Below, in pieces: positions 28,185 through 37,195 of a DNA stretch of 49,413 bases. The notes beneath the pieces were generated by a model, which worked only from the letters and a program-made list of their open reading frames with translations, ran no database searches and had not been told where the DNA came from. The DNA is taken from positions 1-49,413 of the forward strand of contig DAOTYP010000005.1 in the NCBI GenBank assembly GCA_034434975.1, in the 5' to 3' direction. The DNA comes from Anaerolineae bacterium. Its GTDB lineage: Bacteria; Chloroflexota; Anaerolineae; JADYZS01. The stretch's first letter is position 1. The number at the start of each line of letters is the position of its first letter. The translations under genes and the position numbers were made by a program.

Positions 28185-30536
28185 TCACAACCGACGCGCA
28201 GGCCGGCGGCGCATCAGCCGCAGCCTCACCTGCACCACGCGGCGCGCGAGCGTCAAACGCAACCCGTCCAAGGCGTGGGCCGCGGCGACCGCTTCCCCTT
28301 GGCCGGGCGGCCGAGGGCTCCAACGATGTTGCACGTAGAGGCCGGCGATGCGTCGCACGGGGGCTTCCGCTTCCGGCACGACGGAAAACAACAGGGCGGC
28401 GTTCTCCAGAGGCGTCTGGTGCGCGCGCCAATGCTTCCCCAGCCAACCGCTCCAGCGCGCCAGCCGCTCGTAAAGCCGCTCAATCAACGCGGGATCGGCT
28501 AGGGCGCGGCGACGCTGCCAGCGGCCAACGCCCAGCACCAAACCTCCGATCAAGAGGACGGCGGCGGCTGACCAGATGATAGTCTGCCAGCCCCGGCGCA
28601 ACCCTTCCAGATCGACCGTCGGCCCCGGCACGTCCAGGAAGTTATCTCGCAGATCCTCCAAGAACTCTTGACCGAAATCTACGGGCCGGGACGGCAGCAA
28701 GGGCGAGGTTACCTCCCCCGTCTCCTCTTTCGGCTCCGGCCGCACGATCTCCGGCTGCGCGGCCGTGGGTTCAAACTCTACCCAACCGTAGCCGGGGAAG
28801 AAGACCTCAGCCCAGGTGTGCGCGTCGGATTCCTTGACCCGATAGGCGTTCAACGCGGCCTGGAATTCACCTTGAGCATAGCCGGTGGCGATGCGCGCCG
28901 GGATGCCCAGGGAACGAGCCATCACCACCAACGCTGACGCGTAGTAATCGCAATAGCCCTGCCGGATGTCAAACAGGAAATATTCCACCCCATCTCGTCC
29001 CGCGGGAGGCGCCGGGATCTTTTCATTGTAGGGGATCCCCCGCAGGTACGACTCCAAGGCCGAGACCTTGTCGTAAGGGTTGCCGTATCCCTTGGTGATC
29101 TCCACTGCCAGATCGCGAACCCGCTGGGAAAGGGTAGGGGGAAGTTGCAGATAGCGGTCTAGGATCCCCCTGGGGTAATTCGTCCCTGCCTCACGCAGGC
29201 TCTGGGGATCGGCCTCGGTCAGCGAAGAGACCACCGTATAGGATTGCCCCTCCCGCAGCCGTACCTTGCTGATCAGGCGAGAGATCTCGGGGATGAACCG
29301 CTCCTCGCCGGGCTCCCCCGCGCTGTCGTCGGAGATCGGCACGCGCGAGTACTCCACCCGAACGGGAAGGTCCACCTGCACCGGCTGCGCCGCGGCAAAG
29401 ACGAGGCCACCCGCAGGGAGGTAAAGGGTGACGGTCTGAGTAACCAGTTTTCGCAGGCTGTAGTTCGGGATCGGGAGCGGCTTCCCGACATCCACCGCCC
29501 CCGTTTCCTGATCGGTGCTGATCCAGCCCCGGCTGGTGTAGGTATCATAGACCGCGCCGCGCCAGTAGCGGCCCGCGGGCGATTCCACGTCCATCACGAT
29601 GGCTCCCCCGAGGTTACGCGGCCCGCCGAAACTTAACGTCGGGCCGATCACCGCGACGCTCCCGCGCGCCTGATAGTTGAGCGAACTGAAGAGGCGCGTC
29701 CACTCCATCTGCAAATCGTGCACGGGTTCCCGGAAGGCCTCCACCACCGAGCCCAATTTGCCCCCAGAAGAGGAAGCGTTAGGCAAGGCGTACGCCAACG
29801 CGACGACGAAGACGGAGAAGAGCACGCCGTCGCGCAGGAAACTGAAGCCGATGTCCGAGTCGTAGAAGATCCGCGCGGACCGCCATTGCCGTTCTTGGCG
29901 GCTCAGATTGGTGCGCACGGTGAGCAAGAGGGCGCTCAACAGGAAGAGGACGAAGTAACCCGTCAGGTTCTGGGAAGCGTAATAGGTGTTGATGAGGATC
30001 GTCAGGCCCGCAGGCAAGATCGCGCGCCAGGCCCTCCCTTGACGATAAACGGCCCAGGCGGCGAAGAAACCGATCCACCAGAGGAGGAAGGCCATCTCCA
30101 GCACGAAGACCAAGTTATCGCCCGAAACCCGACCGGTGATGGCGCGCTCAGCCCAAGCGCCGGTGCGCAGGACGAGTTGGTAGAAGCGATCGCGCAGCGT
30201 CAGTTCGCCGGTCAGGAGGCGCCCCACCCACAGCGCGACCCACGCTGTGCCGGTGAACAAGGCATGGACCCAAGGGAAAAGCCCCTGCCAAGAGGTGTGA
30301 GCCAGCGCCGTCCCCAACAACACGCCCCCTAAGGCGACCCACGGTAAAAGTTCCAAGCCCTCGGCCCATCGGGCCGCGGCCAAAGCCCACGCGACCGCCA
30401 GCATCATCACAACCAACAAGATGAAAGTAAGGCCACGTCCCTCCCAAGCCACGTTGCCTTGCCTCACCTCTGCCGCGGGCTCCCGCCTCCATGCTCGTTC
30501 CATGTTCGCCCCTCCCTCATTCATTCCATACGACAC
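28185..30536 (-). CDS. Transglutaminase-like membrane protein (TgpA-like)
   Basis: 783-aa ORF with about 6 N-terminal TM helices. The transglutaminase core has a Cys/His/Asp triad context: QGYCDYYASALVVMARSLGIPARIATGY ... DAHTWAEVFFPGYGWVEFEPT. A TM helix near the C-terminus is followed by a helical tail. The exact start is uncertain (GTG 30536 or ATG 30524). Confidence 0.85.
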   Translation of the reverse strand: MSYGMNEGGANMERAWRREPAAEVRQGNVAWEGRGLTFILLVVMMLAVAWALAAARWAEGLELLPWVALGGVLLGTALAHTSWQGLFPWVHALFTGTAWVALWVGRLLTGELTLRDRFYQLVLRTGAWAERAITGRVSGDNLVFVLEMAFLLWWIGFFAAWAVYRQGRAWRAILPAGLTILINTYYASQNLTGYFVLFLLSALLLTVRTNLSRQERQWRSARIFYDSDIGFSFLRDGVLFSVFVVALAYALPNASSSGGKLGSVVEAFREPVHDLQMEWTRLFSSLNYQARGSVAVIGPTLSFGGPRNLGGAIVMDVESPAGRYWRGAVYDTYTSRGWISTDQETGAVDVGKPLPIPNYSLRKLVTQTVTLYLPAGGLVFAAAQPVQVDLPVRVEYSRVPISDDSAGEPGEERFIPEISRLISKVRLREGQSYTVVSSLTEADPQSLREAGTNYPRGILDRYLQLPPTLSQRVRDLAVEITKGYGNPYDKVSALESYLRGIPYNEKIPAPPAGRDGVEYFLFDIRQGYCDYYASALVVMARSLGIPARIATGYAQGEFQAALNAYRVKESDAHTWAEVFFPGYGWVEFEPTAAQPEIVRPEPKEETGEVTSPLLPSRPVDFGQEFLEDLRDNFLDVPGPTVDLEGLRRGWQTIIWSAAAVLLIGGLVLGVGRWQRRRALADPALIERLYERLARWSGWLGKHWRAHQTPLENAALLFSVVPEAEAPVRRIAGLYVQHRWSPRPPGQGEAVAAAHALDGLRLTLARRVVQVRLRLMRRRPARRL

Positions 30537-30624
30537 CTTGCCTGAGAACGCGCCCCTATATTACCACCAAATCCCGAATTTGTCAGGGCTTACTTGACCA
30601 AAAAGTCCGAAAACGCGCCTGGCC

Positions 30625-30652
30625 TTGCATTTCCCATCGGCTTTGATATAAT
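30625..30652 (+). promoter_or_regulatory. sigma70-type promoter of the ATP-grasp gene
   Basis: -35 TTGCAT (30625-30630), 16-nt spacer, extended -10 TGA-TATAAT (30647-30652). Confidence 0.6.
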
Positions 30653-30699
30653 GCTGCCGCGAGGCATCACCTGCTTGGCATTTCACCCCCGGAGGCGAG

Positions 30700-31749
30700 A
30701 TGGACGACCCTGGGCAATGGCCCCCCACAACCTTACGAATAGCGGTGCTGCACGGCGTCTTGGCCCCGGAACAGTGGGATGGCTCGGAAGCAGAGCGCAG
30801 AGAGATCAACAGGGGCGTATTCGAAGTAGCCGAGGCAATAGCCCACGCCTTGCGCAGCACCCCCAATGCCCAGGTCGTCGTGCATGGGATCAGCCGGTTG
30901 CGCGGCCTCTCCGCCTGGCTGCGCAGGGAGCAGATCAACGTCGTCTTCAACGTTTGCGAGTTCCTTGAGGGAAAGGGAAGCGAGGTTCACAAGATCCCCG
31001 CCCTCCTAGAACGGTTGGGGATTCCCTACACAGGCAACCGCGCCCCTGTCGTGCGCCTGAGCTTCAACCGCGTCGCCCTCAAGCGCAGACTTTTGCGCTA
31101 CGGCATTCCAACCCCCTCCTACGAGATCTTACAGGCCGGAGGCCCCCTTAACGGCCGCTTGTCGTTTCCCCTCATCGTGAAAGTAGCCAACGAGCACGCG
31201 TCCTTGGGCTTGGACGAACGCTCGGTCGTCTGGGATGAAGCCAGCCTGCAAGCACAGGCTCGGCGCGTGGCCCAGGAGCACGGCTGGCCGGTCTTGGTGG
31301 AGTCGTACATTGAAGGGATGGAGGTTACCGCCTCGCTGGTGGAAGACGACGACGGGCTCAAGATCCTCGGCCTACGCCAGTTTGACTTCTCGGAGGTTCC
31401 TCCTGGCCTTCCTCACATCATCACCTATCGCGCGAAATGGGAGACCGCCAGCGAGGACTACAAGCGCATCCGGCGCGGCAAGGCTCGCTTGTGCCCTGAG
31501 GTGGAGAGGGAGGTACGCCAATTGGCCCTCCGAACCTTTCAAGCGCTGGGCTGCCGAGATTACGGCCGTGTAGATGTGCGTGTAGATGCTGCGGGCCGCA
31601 TCTTCGTCATTGACGTAAACCCTGATTGCAGCCTGGAGATAGACTCCAACTGGGTGCTCACCGCTTTGGAGGAAGGCTACACCTACGAAACGGCCCTTCG
31701 CCATCTCCTCTTCCTGGCCGTCCGGCGCGGAGGGAAACCCTGCGGCTGA
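30700..31749 (+). CDS. ATP-grasp ligase, D-Ala-D-Ala-ligase-like family
   Basis: 349-aa ORF with SD GGAGG. The ATP-grasp layout is present: LGIPYTGN, FPLIVKVANEHASLGL, VLVESYIEGMEV and GRVDVRVDAAGRIFVIDVNPDCSL. It diverges from the dcw-encoded Ddl, with DVN where Ddl has E-x-N, so substrate is not assignable. Confidence 0.7.
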   Translation: MDDPGQWPPTTLRIAVLHGVLAPEQWDGSEAERREINRGVFEVAEAIAHALRSTPNAQVVVHGISRLRGLSAWLRREQINVVFNVCEFLEGKGSEVHKIPALLERLGIPYTGNRAPVVRLSFNRVALKRRLLRYGIPTPSYEILQAGGPLNGRLSFPLIVKVANEHASLGLDERSVVWDEASLQAQARRVAQEHGWPVLVESYIEGMEVTASLVEDDDGLKILGLRQFDFSEVPPGLPHIITYRAKWETASEDYKRIRRGKARLCPEVEREVRQLALRTFQALGCRDYGRVDVRVDAAGRIFVIDVNPDCSLEIDSNWVLTALEEGYTYETALRHLLFLAVRRGGKPCG

Positions 31750-31904
31750 AACCACACGAAGACCGTCGGAGGTAACGGAAAGCCAGGACGCGCGAAACCT
31801 TTTGCCGACCTCTGCGTCCCTAATATTGGGGAAGGCTACAGAGTCCTCCTACATAAAGTCGTATCGCTACAGGTCGGGGGTCAAAAGAAGGAGACCACAA
31901 CAAT

Positions 31905-31933
31905 TTGCCGATTGGGCGAAGATCGGCTATACT
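31905..31933 (+). promoter_or_regulatory. sigma70-type promoter of the LysM-YkuD gene
   Basis: -35 TTGCCG (31905-31910), 17-nt spacer, -10 TATACT (31928-31933). Confidence 0.55.
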
Positions 31934-31979
31934 TTTTAGGGTAAACGTCGCGTGCTGGCCGCGACAGGTTGGAGGAGAC

Positions 31980-32801
31980 ATGAAGCACAAGGCGCACGTG
32001 GCGTTTGTTTTGCTTTTGATGATCGGCCAGCTCCTGCTGACCGGCGTCGTTTCGGCCGATACCGAGGCCGCCCAGGTCGTGCATGTGGTGCGGCGTGGGG
32101 AAACGCTCGCCAGCATCGCGGCCCGCTACGGCGTCTCGGTGGCAAACGTTGTCCAGGCCAACTCGTTGCGCAACGCCAACTTCATCTGGGTTGGCCAAAG
32201 GCTCATCATCCCTACAAGCGCCGGCGCGCCAAGCCAGGGAAGCAGTGGGGTCTACTACGTGCGCTGGGGCGATACCCTTGCCAAGATCGCCGCTCGGTAC
32301 GGCATCTCCGTTCAGGCCATCATGGCGGCCAACGGGATCCGCAACCCCAACCTGATCTACGTAGGCCAGCGCCTGGCCATCCCAGGCGGCAACACACCTG
32401 CCCCTCAACCCACCCCCGTTCCCCAGCCTAATCCCAACCCTGACACAGGCGGCAAGTGGATAGATATAGACCTATCGGAGCAGCGGCTGCGGGCCTACGA
32501 GGGGAGCAAACTCGTGCTGAGCGTACTGGTCAGCACAGGGATCGCCCGCTACCCCACCCCGACGGGACGTTTTGCCATCCAGACGAAAGTCCGCTCGCAG
32601 ACGATGTCGGGCCCCGGCTACTACCTGCCGGGCGTGCAGTGGGTGATGTATTTCTACCGAGGTTACGCGATCCACGGCACGTATTGGCACAACAATTTCG
32701 GGCGGCCTATGAGCCATGGCTGCATCAACCTGACCAACGCTGACGCCCAGTTCATGTACAATTGGGCCCCCATCGGCACACCGGTCGTGATCCACCGGTG
32801 A
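31980..32801 (+). CDS. Secreted L,D-transpeptidase with two LysM domains (YkuD family)
   Basis: ATG 31980 follows GGAGGAG, and a signal peptide is present. There are two LysM repeats: [20 protein letters not shown]...VGQRLIIP and [20 protein letters not shown]...VGQRLAIP. The YkuD catalytic block YAIHGT...SHGCINL is present. Confidence 0.85.
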   Translation: MKHKAHVAFVLLLMIGQLLLTGVVSADTEAAQVVHVVRRGETLASIAARYGVSVANVVQANSLRNANFIWVGQRLIIPTSAGAPSQGSSGVYYVRWGDTLAKIAARYGISVQAIMAANGIRNPNLIYVGQRLAIPGGNTPAPQPTPVPQPNPNPDTGGKWIDIDLSEQRLRAYEGSKLVLSVLVSTGIARYPTPTGRFAIQTKVRSQTMSGPGYYLPGVQWVMYFYRGYAIHGTYWHNNFGRPMSHGCINLTNADAQFMYNWAPIGTPVVIHR

Positions 32802-32844
32802 GAATGGGCCCTGCCGGGCGGCCGTCGCTCCACGCCATTAACTT

Positions 32845-34989
32845 TTATGAAGGGCGATAACGCAGAAGGCGCATCCCGTTCAGCGTCACCAGGAGCGAGG
32901 CCCCCATGTCGGCGAAAACGGCCATCCACATGGTCGTCCAGCCAGGAAGGGCCAGGATCAAGAAGGCCGCCTTGATGCCCAGGGACAGCGCGATGTTCTG
33001 GCGAACGATCGCGCGCGCGGCGCGGCTCAGGCGCACGGCGAAAGGCAACTTGGTCAGGTCGTCGGACATGAGGACGACATCGGCGGTCTCCAAGGCTTGG
33101 GCCGTCCCGGCCCCTCCCATAGCGATGCCGACCGTAGCCCGCGCCAGGGCCGGCGCGTCGTTCACGCCGTCGCCCACCATCCCGACGGCCCCGTACTCCT
33201 CCAGGAGCCCGGCGACGGCGTTCACCTTCTGCTCCGGCAGCAGCGACGCGCGCACCTCATCTATGCCCGCCTGACGCGCGATGGCAGCCGCGGCGCGCGG
33301 GTTGTCTCCCGTCAAAAGGACGGCCCGCGCGAGGCCCTCCGCGCGCAACGCCGCCACCGTTCCCCTCACCTCGGGGCGCAGTCCGTCGGCCACGGCGATG
33401 AGGCCAAGAACCGTCGCCTCATCGGCCAGAAGCATGACCGTCTTGCCCTCAGACTCCAGATCCTTCAGACGGGCGCTCGCCCTTTCATCCAGGCCGACGC
33501 CGTCCAGGAACTCACGCTTGCCGATGCGGTAGATGCGGCCGTCCACCTGCGCCTGCGCGCCCAGGCCGGAGCGCGCCACAAAACCGGCCGCCACCCGCAG
33601 AGGGAGCCCCCGGTGCCGCGCCTCGTGCACGATGGCCTCGGCCAAAGGATGCCCGGAACCGCTTTCTACGGCCGCGGCCAGGGTCAGAAGTTCGTCGGCC
33701 GACATTCCGTTCAACGGGATCACGTCGGTTACCACAGGCCGGCCCACGGTCAAGGTGCCCGTCTTATCAAACGCGATGGCCCGCAAAGACCCGACCGCTT
33801 CCAGGTAGGCGCCGCCCTTGATCAGGACGCCGTGGCGCGCAGCGTTGGCAAGGGCCGATACGATGGAAACCGGCGTAGAGATCACCAGCGCACAAGGGCA
33901 GGCGATGACCAGGAGTACCAGCGCGCGATAAAGCCACGTCAGGAGCGGCGCTCCCAAAAAGAGCGGTGGGATCACCGCGATGGCCACGGCCAGGGCGATG
34001 ACAGTGGGCGTGTAACGGCGAGCAAAGGCGTCCACAAAGCGCTGCGACGGCGCGCGCTGTTCCTGCGCCTCCGCCACCAGCCGCACGATGCGAGCGATGG
34101 TGGTATCTTGGGCCAGCCGCGTCACGCGCACTTCCAGCGCGCCGAGGCCGTTGATGCTCCCTGCGAAGACCTGGCTGCCGGCCCTCACCTCCACCGGCAA
34201 AGACTCGCCCGTGACAGGGCTTTGATCCACCGCCGATTCGCCGGCAACTACTTCCCCATCCATCGGCACGCGCTCGCCCGGACGAACGTAGATGTGATCG
34301 CCCACCGCCAGTTCCGCGACCGGCACCCGCTCCTGCCTGACCGCGCCATGCTCACGCACCAGTCGCAACGCCTCATTAGGAGCCAGGCGCATGAGAGAAC
34401 GCACGGCGTCACGGGCCCGCTCCATGGTGTAACCTTCCAAGGCGTTGCCTACGGCGAAGAGGAACATCGCCGTAGCCCCCTCCGCCCCTTCTCCGATGGC
34501 CAGCGCGCCCAAGGCAGCGATGGTCATGAGCGCGTTCATATCCAGGCTGCGGGTCGCGCGCAACACCGCCACTCCCGCGCGGGCCACGTGAAAACCACTG
34601 GCAAGGGTGGCGAACGCATAGAAAGCCTGCCTGAGGCCGGCGGACAGGCCGCCCCCTCCCCCCAAGAGACCTAACGCTAGGAACAAGCCGGAGACCAAAG
34701 TCAGCCCCTCACGAGGGTGCGCGGCCAGCCAACCGCGCCAGGAGAAGGCCGGCCTATCGGTCGCCCTAGGGAGAGCCGACTCCAAACCGTAGCCCAGCGC
34801 CCTCACCTCGCGTTGGACGGCGGGCAAGTCCAGCGGGCCCAGAGTTCTCACTTGCAACGTCGCGAGGGCAAAATTGACCCGCGCCTCTCGCACGCCGGGT
34901 AATGCGCCGACAGCCTCTTCTATGTGATGTGCGCAGTCGGCACAATCCATGCCGGTTACACGCAACGTCTCAACCTGCTCCTCCATCAC
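32845..34989 (-). CDS. Heavy-metal P1B-type ATPase, Zn/Cd/Pb-type signature
   Basis: N-terminal HMA domain with GMDCADC. Core motifs are TM6 CPC (IACPCALVISTP), DKTGTLT, SGHPLAEAI and GDGVNDAPAL. The last TM carries ADMGASLLVTLNGMRLL, an Asp-containing motif characteristic of the ZntA/CadA subgroup. The start overlaps the TerC stop (GTGATGG). Confidence 0.88.
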   Translation of the reverse strand: MMEEQVETLRVTGMDCADCAHHIEEAVGALPGVREARVNFALATLQVRTLGPLDLPAVQREVRALGYGLESALPRATDRPAFSWRGWLAAHPREGLTLVSGLFLALGLLGGGGGLSAGLRQAFYAFATLASGFHVARAGVAVLRATRSLDMNALMTIAALGALAIGEGAEGATAMFLFAVGNALEGYTMERARDAVRSLMRLAPNEALRLVREHGAVRQERVPVAELAVGDHIYVRPGERVPMDGEVVAGESAVDQSPVTGESLPVEVRAGSQVFAGSINGLGALEVRVTRLAQDTTIARIVRLVAEAQEQRAPSQRFVDAFARRYTPTVIALAVAIAVIPPLFLGAPLLTWLYRALVLLVIACPCALVISTPVSIVSALANAARHGVLIKGGAYLEAVGSLRAIAFDKTGTLTVGRPVVTDVIPLNGMSADELLTLAAAVESGSGHPLAEAIVHEARHRGLPLRVAAGFVARSGLGAQAQVDGRIYRIGKREFLDGVGLDERASARLKDLESEGKTVMLLADEATVLGLIAVADGLRPEVRGTVAALRAEGLARAVLLTGDNPRAAAAIARQAGIDEVRASLLPEQKVNAVAGLLEEYGAVGMVGDGVNDAPALARATVGIAMGGAGTAQALETADVVLMSDDLTKLPFAVRLSRAARAIVRQNIALSLGIKAAFLILALPGWTTMWMAVFADMGASLLVTLNGMRLLRYRPS

Positions 34990-35954
34990 GACCTCACCTC
35001 CGGCATCGTGGACGGCTTCTCATAGACGGCGGCCTGCGGCGGCTCTTGCCGAATCAGGAGCGAGGCCGCGATAGAGATGAACACGACGGCGGCCACGAAC
35101 CCCAAAGCCACACCGATCGGGATCCTGTACAGATCGCTCACCACCATCTTGAGGCCCACGAAGATCAGCACCACGGACAGGCCCACCCTGAGGTAACGGA
35201 AGCGCTGCACAACCCCCGCCAACAAGAAATAGAGCGCCCGCAGCCCTAAGATGGCAAACACGTTAGAGGTGTACACGATGAAAGGATCGGTGCTGATGGC
35301 TAAGACGGCCGGGATAGAGTCCAGGGCGAAAACCAGATCGGTGCTTTCCACGATCAAAAGCACCAGGAACAGCGGCGTAGCCAACAGCCGCCCTCCTTGG
35401 CGCAAGAAGAACCGCTGGCCCTCATAATCCGGATGAATGGGAAAGAAGCGCCGCGCCAGACGCACCACCGGGTTGGCTTCGGGGTGAATCTCGTGTCCCT
35501 GATGACGTGCCATCCGCCAGCCGGTGAAGATCAAAAACGCGCCGAACAGGTAGATGACCCAATGGAACTTCTCAATCAGCACGACGCCTGCGGCGATGAG
35601 GATACCGCGCATCACCAAGGCCCCTAGGACGCCCCAGAAGAGCACCCTGTGCCGATAGGGAGCGGGCACGGCGAAGTAGGAGAATATCAACACGAAGACG
35701 AAGATGTTGTCCACACTGAGGGACTTCTCTATCAGATAGGCCGTCAAAAATTGGAGGCCAGCCTCCGGGCCGCGCCAATAATACACGACCCCGTTGAAAG
35801 CCAACGCCAAGGCGATCCAGATCGCGCTCCAAATGGCGGCCTCGCGCAGGCCAACGGCGTGAGCCTTGCGGTGCAGGACTCCCAGATCCAAAGCCAGCAT
35901 CGCCAGGACGGCCACGCCGAAGGCTACCCATAACCACCCGCCTGATCCGAACAT
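34986..35954 (-). CDS. TerC-family integral membrane protein
   Basis: 322-aa polytopic ORF. The TerC signature YLIEKSLSVDNIFVFVLIF is present, with a second half-repeat (ESTDLVFALDSIPAVLAIS). It is translationally coupled to the downstream ATPase. Confidence 0.85.
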   Translation of the reverse strand: MFGSGGWLWVAFGVAVLAMLALDLGVLHRKAHAVGLREAAIWSAIWIALALAFNGVVYYWRGPEAGLQFLTAYLIEKSLSVDNIFVFVLIFSYFAVPAPYRHRVLFWGVLGALVMRGILIAAGVVLIEKFHWVIYLFGAFLIFTGWRMARHQGHEIHPEANPVVRLARRFFPIHPDYEGQRFFLRQGGRLLATPLFLVLLIVESTDLVFALDSIPAVLAISTDPFIVYTSNVFAILGLRALYFLLAGVVQRFRYLRVGLSVVLIFVGLKMVVSDLYRIPIGVALGFVAAVVFISIAASLLIRQEPPQAAVYEKPSTMPEVRS

Positions 35955-36090
35955 GTGGGCTCTTCCTCCCGAACTTGTTTAGATGATGGAACAATGCTCA
36001 GACCATGAGACCACAAATCAAGGCCGCTACCTGCCATCGGGCTGACAAATGCCCGATGAACAGGATGACCCCGAGAAGGCCAAGCCTCCC

Positions 36091-36465
36091 TTAGCCGTGA
36101 CGGACGTGCTCCAATCCATCGCAGAAAAGATGGTAAATGTGCTCGTCGTCCAACGCATAGTACACCATCCGCCCCTCTTTACGGTGGCGCACCAGGCCCA
36201 TCATCCGCAAAAGGCGCAATTGATGGGAGATAGCCGAAGGGCTCATCCCCAACACCGCAGCCAGGTCGCAGACGCAAAGTTCCTGCTGCGCAAGGGCGGA
36301 GATGATTCGCACGCGCGTGGGATCGCTCAAGGCCCGAAAGGTCTCCGCCAGGCGTGTCGCGAGGAGGCCGTCCACCAGGTCGGCCTCCGCCGCGCGCACC
36401 TTGGCCTCGTCTACTAGAACTACCTCACAACGTTCGGCAACAGGTTGTCTGTCTCGCCTACCCAT
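36091..36465 (-). CDS. ArsR/SmtB-family metal-sensing repressor
   Basis: The HTH LCVCDLAAVLGMSPSAISHQLRLLRMMGLV includes the CxC of the alpha3 site. The C-terminal DEHIYHLFCDGLEHVRH fits the alpha5 D-x-H-x10-H-x2-H Zn site of SmtB/CzrA-type sensors. Start ATG 36465 is preferred because the ATG at 36498 lies inside the operator/promoter. Confidence 0.85.
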   Translation of the reverse strand: MGRRDRQPVAERCEVVLVDEAKVRAAEADLVDGLLATRLAETFRALSDPTRVRIISALAQQELCVCDLAAVLGMSPSAISHQLRLLRMMGLVRHRKEGRMVYYALDDEHIYHLFCDGLEHVRHG

Positions 36466-36475
36466 GCTTTTCGGC

Positions 36476-36515
36476 CCATTATATGAACACTTGCTCATAC
36501 ATTACCATATAATGG
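36476..36515. promoter_or_regulatory. Divergent promoter/operator: nested palindromes between arsR-family gene and cupredoxin gene
   Basis: Outer perfect 10-bp inverted repeat: CCATTATATG (36476-36485) and CATATAATGG (36506-36515), each reading TATAAT on the outward strand. Overlapping the left outer arm by four bases and running into the spacer is TATGAACA-CT-TGCTCATA (36482-36499), a 7/8 inverted repeat. Its TGAACA half-site is of the kind used by SmtB/CzrA-type repressors. Confidence 0.6.
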
Positions 36516-36650
36516 CGGTGCTGTCAAACCGGCGACGGCTTTCATGCGATGGGATGCTCGCTGACTTGCAGGGGCCTTCCGCCGGTGATAGAATCGGAAC
36601 GAAACTGCCAGAGGCGCCTACGCGCCCGGCCGGAGAGGAAGGGAGATAAA

Positions 36651-37019
36651 ATGTCCTGGCGTCGGTTTGTTCTGTTTTGCCTGCTGGGGATGATCGCCGC
36701 CTTGGCGATCGCATGCGGTGGGGGTAGCAAGCCGCAACCCATGAGCATCACGGTGGTCGCTAAAGACATCCTGTTTGAGCCCAACGAATGGCGAGTCAAA
36801 ACGGGCGCCGAGGTTACGGTAACCCTTAAGAACGAAGGAGCCCTGGAGCACAGTTGGGTGGTCAAACTCCCCACCGGCGATAAGATGGTGCACGCGAAGG
36901 CTGGCGAATCGGCCACCCTGCGGTTCACCGCCCCGGCCGCGGGCACTTATGAGGTCTTTTGCGACGTGGCCGGCCACAAGGAAGCCGGCATGGTCGGCAA
37001 ACTCATCGTGGAACCGTAA
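36651..37019 (+). CDS. Cupredoxin-domain (type-1 copper) lipoprotein
   Basis: ATG 36651 follows GGAGAGGAAGGGAG. The signal peptide ends in ...LAIAC. Type-1 Cu ligand spacing is present: H (LEHSW) and C-x4-H-x4-M (FCDVAGHKEAGM). Confidence 0.8.
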   Translation: MSWRRFVLFCLLGMIAALAIACGGGSKPQPMSITVVAKDILFEPNEWRVKTGAEVTVTLKNEGALEHSWVVKLPTGDKMVHAKAGESATLRFTAPAAGTYEVFCDVAGHKEAGMVGKLIVEP

Positions 37020-37039
37020 GGCCTCTACCCTCTTATTGC

Positions 37040-37070
37040 GCCCCCGGCAACCAGCCGGGGGCATCTTTTT
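37040..37070 (+). terminator. Classic intrinsic terminator after the cupredoxin gene
   Basis: Stem GCCCCCGGC (37040-37048) pairs with GCCGGGGGC (37054-37062), with loop AACCA. It is followed by ATCTTTTT. Confidence 0.85.
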
Positions 37071-37195
37071 GCGACGACGGCGCGTCGTTGCCGGCAGGGA
37101 GGTGTTATATCAGGTCAGATGAGGGTAGTCCGGCCGCGCGCCCGCGCAAGGAGCGCGCCGGCCAGGTCAGATTTTCGTGGAGGCGATGAGAGGAT

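Noticed and set aside
31750-31979. ydaO-type c-di-AMP riboswitch, which often precedes LysM/cell-wall hydrolase genes.
   Set aside because: I found no conserved ydaO core sequences. A good promoter at 31905-31933 leaves only a leader of about 40 nt, which is too short for that RNA.
33097-34674. 525-aa ORF antisense to the P-type ATPase.
   Set aside because: The explanation is the same as for the other shadow ORFs. The ATPase motifs (CPC, DKTGT, GDGVNDAP) are on the minus strand, and the plus-strand product is Arg/His/Gly-rich nonsense.
35955-36090. yybP-ykoY (Mn) riboswitch expected upstream of a TerC gene.
   Set aside because: The minus-strand leader shows only one 8-bp hairpin (CATCGGGC/GCCCGATG), probably the arsR-gene terminator or attenuator. 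None of the conserved GGGGAGTAG / four-way-junction elements is present.
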